This document shows positions 60,628 to 64,000 of a stretch of 64,000 nucleotides of DNA, piece by piece. Both the position numbers and the translations under genes were made by a program. The number at the start of each line of letters is the position of its first letter. The stretch's first letter is position 1. The notes under the pieces were generated by a model. That model saw only the letters and a list, made by a program, of their open reading frames with translations. It was not told where the DNA came from and made no database searches. Location: contig OZ320322.1 in assembly GCA_976226885.1 (NCBI GenBank), positions 23,746,001-23,810,000 on the forward strand, written 5' to 3'. This DNA comes from Iphione sp. A-MEVVRFRX5. Lineage: Eukaryota.

Positions 60628-63345
60628 GTTGCAAAGTGGTGTGCTGTTCAGTGCTAGGTTAAGTAAACTAGAGAGGAGAGGTTGCTAGCACGTCACTCTC
60701 AATCAGTGAATCTTTACCATTCACTTCCCTAACTAGCACATATGACAGCAGCAGAAATTGTGGATAATATTGTCACACATATAACACAATGGCAAGAATG
60801 CAGCAGTGAATATAACCTCAAGAGTGATATGGTGTAGTCCACAGTATACAGAAATATCATGCATATTCATACACAATACTCTGCATGCAATACACAGTAA
60901 TAAACAGGTTGAAATTCACATAGCATATAATATACAAAACAGGCTGCATACAGAATACTCAAGTTTGTCTGGCAAATGTAGTACAAGATACACAAAAATG
61001 TATACACTAGTAATAAACCTGTTACAGTGGAAAATCACCAGAAATGTTGTCAAGTGAGTATACTCAATATAGGACTGTAGGCTCTTAAATGTCACTCACA
61101 ATGTCAGTGTTGTCAGTTTCAACCTATGTCAGCAGATCAAAACAAGATAAGAGTAGATGTCCTATAGGTACCTTGAAATGTTCATACAGGTGTCACAAGA
61201 CTAAAATGTTCATGTACTTGCCACTGTTGTTGAGATTTATCCTTGCAACATGTCACAAACTTAGTCCTCCTAGTGCACAGTTAAGATGGCTGCCATGTGG
61301 TTTTGGTGGTTGACAGGGTGTCCAGTTTAAAATTGACCTCCAGAAGTGTAATTCCTTGTATGTCCTCCTTTTAGTGAGTCCTGTGTGTTCTTGATCCCTT
61401 ATTCTGACACCATGTTGTATTTTGAAAGATGGATGGTTACTTTGTCATGTAGATTTATGATGATATAAATCAGGAGTAACTCAAGCCATGTGTGTGAGGA
61501 GTTCAGGAAAGAGGAAGTAGTTTTATTTCCTAGTTACTTGGTTTAACACAGGTGGCAGCAGTGTGTAAGTAAATACATATCATGACACCCACATAGAAAA
61601 ATCTGGCTCACTCTAAGTGCAGAATTCTGCTGGGTGTGTCTCTCAAGGTGCAGGGAGAGAGTGGTTATTCACCAAAAAACATCAGCCTTAAATATAGTGA
61701 CAGTTGAGTAACATTTATATAACACTTGTTTACTTAAGTCACAGCAGACAGTGTACAATTTCCATTCTGGCAATGATACCAGAGTACCAGATCACCGATA
61801 CCAGAACTAGATTGCTCAACCACATTCCGGAACCAAGATTTTTCTTATGATGCAATTACATTATCAACTGTAAGCTGGGGTCATTAGCTTTGTGACCTCC
61901 ACACCAAAAGGAGACAGACCTGCCTCCATTACATTACTATAGAGTATGGAATACATCTTTTTGAAAATATAGTTATTCAACTTTGTATTAAGACATCTCA
62001 GGATATAGAAAGAGCAGTTACCTAATCTTTAAACCAAGTAATGCCCCAAATGTTCTTTAGTTTTCATAATTTATGCACTGATGTACCATTTTTCCCCGGC
62101 TGGCCACATTTTTGTTTATGAGTAATCATCTGGCACATCTTTCTGCCACCTTATGAAGGTTCCTTTTACCTCCTTGCATCATTTTTACCACATCAGCCTG
62201 TAACATATTTTTTTATTCACTAGCTTCCTCAGTAGTGAAGTTCCTGCAGTCCTGCTCTACCTCCCTCCGCATTTTTATTCATGAGGAAGTAATGGTCTGG
62301 ATCCCTTGCCAAGAAAAGTCGACAGCAAGAACAAACATAAGGTGGCAGCACAATGACTAAAATTATCAAGACAAATTAAATATCAAAAAAGCCTCTAGAA
62401 ACACCCGCTTTTCTGGAAATATGCCAATTACAATCTGGCTAAAGCCAACAACCACCTTCTTCAACCTATATAACAACGCTAAACTAGAATGAAGAGAGAA
62501 GGACAAAGATGTGGCCAGAAAAAAAATATTTAAGGGGAAATGCTTTTCCGGCAAGCACAGGTCATATATCTTAGATACATTTCAAAACAAGAATCTTCAT
62601 CGGAGGATGATTTGCACCATGACAACATCCCCATGTTTGTGTGACTGTGTTTGTGTTTTTTTCTGCTTGTATTGGCCCATCATAAAAATATGTCTATTTT
62701 CAATTACACACAAGTGCCTTCAGCACTTGCATTTGTGTATGTGCGCTCAGGGGTCAAAGTACAGACTGTGTGCACAGAGTTTCTTTGGTCCTTATCTATC
62801 ATTTACAACCCTCGGTTCTGCTTGACTGGACACAAAAGTCAAGGTCATTGCTGTATTACTACAATCTATTGGAAAAGTAGTGCCAGAAATTTGCTCAGGT
62901 TTCTTTTATATTATGTTTTCTACTTTAAAATATATGATATTCTTTATTATTCTGAAAAGGATTGAAATAACCAATGAAAGAATACAAATACTAAGGTTTT
63001 AAAAGAGTCATACACATGAGACCTTCTCCCCATAGCCGGACTACTTTTGGGCGACGTTTTATATAGGTAGTGTAATAAACACACTCTTGCACACGGAGAC
63101 CCACAATTAAAGATTATCAGGCTCACTCACTGCTGTGATTGGGAAATGATCGGATTGATGAGTTAAGTCTTGTGACATCCACTGGTGAGAGGTATGATAG
63201 CTAAACTACTACATGTACATGTAATATGTGATTGACCAACTTGACCATGCATCACTCAGATCACAGTGAGGAGGATGCTTGTCACAGTTACTTTTCACCT
63301 TAAATTTGAGACAATGTCATAAAGTGCATACAGTATGCATGCCTG

Positions 63346-63626
63346 TGTAACACAACTCAAGACGACACAGGTTTCCAAGTTAGTTGATCTTTTATTCCAA
63401 CAGGTAGACACCACAAGGTGGTGGATCAGAGCTCTCCAAAAAGCAGTGAGGGGACCCGGTCATTATATACCGATAGCTCGCGCCCCTATGTCAAAGGTTA
63501 GCACCCTTCCGGTCATAGTTCGTAACCCAAGCACATAGGTCGCGACATATCGTAACCTTAGGTCATAGGTCTCCGGACCTCTGACCTGTTCACGTGCTCT
63601 TGGGTCAGGACAGGTCAAGAATTACA
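63346..63626 (-). mobile_element. Solo-LTR-like sequence (281 bp)
   Basis: TGTAA...TTACA termini, TATATAA followed by AATAAA in the expected order. No TSD or internal region recognised. Confidence 0.45.
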
Positions 63627-64000
63627 TTAACCCTCGGTCCCACCCTAGCACCCTTCGATGATGGATGTGAAAGCTGTCAGCACCCACCCTGGAAGTGCCT
63701 CGAAATCCCCATTCCGACACAATGTTTGTTTAGACTAACCTGTCACCTGAACATAGTTTATGAGTGTCTACTGGCGTGTAGGATGTCGATTCCCAGACTA
63801 TCGATGGCGCCATGTCAGCGACATGATACACCTGTTGTCTGTGAATCAAGGATCCGCGTTAAAAGACTTATATCTATACACTGTACAATAGAACTCTCTT
63901 TCTTTCACTTACCACTGCATTTCAGGATCATATTCATTATAGTATGTACGCACAATCATTACTTCAATGTATACAAAATCATATGTACACAATTGCATTC

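Larger units (their letters stand above)
55860..61587 (-). mobile_element. Ty3/Gypsy LTR retrotransposon (Mag-like), full length, recently inserted
   Basis: 175-bp LTRs (61413-61587; 55860-55904 plus 56323-56452) differ at 1 base. TG...CA ends. 5-bp TSD CCCAC at 55855-55859 and 61588-61592. PBS TGGTGTCAGAA (tRNA-Leu-like, 61412-61402). PPT AAAGGAGGGAGA (56464-56453). Confidence 0.96.

Noticed and set aside
56656-60688. Short ORFs overlapping the Gypsy gag-pol (and 903-2515, 3286-4216 overlapping the Ngaro ORFs)
   Set aside because: Antisense or alternate-frame shadows of long ORFs, with no motifs. No env-like ORF was seen.
62020-62520. Exon-like minus-strand fragments near the window end
   Set aside because: Frames are short, stop-ridden and cannot be joined into a consistent model.

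Overview
Eukaryotic (animal, probably marine invertebrate; taxon not determinable here) intron-rich DNA with two N gaps. Four spliced host genes could be rebuilt exon by exon with GT-AG junctions and consistent phases: a METTL27/WBSCR27-like SAM methyltransferase (+, 7893-15173), MTRR (-, 31255-20310), BCCIP (-, 37227-33582) and a cytosolic 5'-nucleotidase III (+, 41145-49442). There are two near-intact retrotransposons. (1) A Ngaro-type tyrosine-recombinase element (654-4821) with split direct repeats, inserted in a Penelope-like remnant. (2) A Mag-like Ty3/Gypsy element (-, 55860-61587) with a CCCAC target-site duplication and a 418-bp insert in its 3' LTR. Each carries exactly one nonsense codon in an otherwise open enzyme frame. 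The best lead is in the Ngaro element: gag and RT/RNase H are in the same frame, separated only by TGA-CTAG, the canonical readthrough context, and its recombinase frame begins at a strong splice acceptor. Other leads: BCCIP is followed by four decayed tandem copies of its last coding exon; the nucleotidase has a hybrid IIIA/IIIB substrate pocket; and GC3 is strongly mosaic between exons of one gene. All alignments and translations were done by eye; no database search was run.
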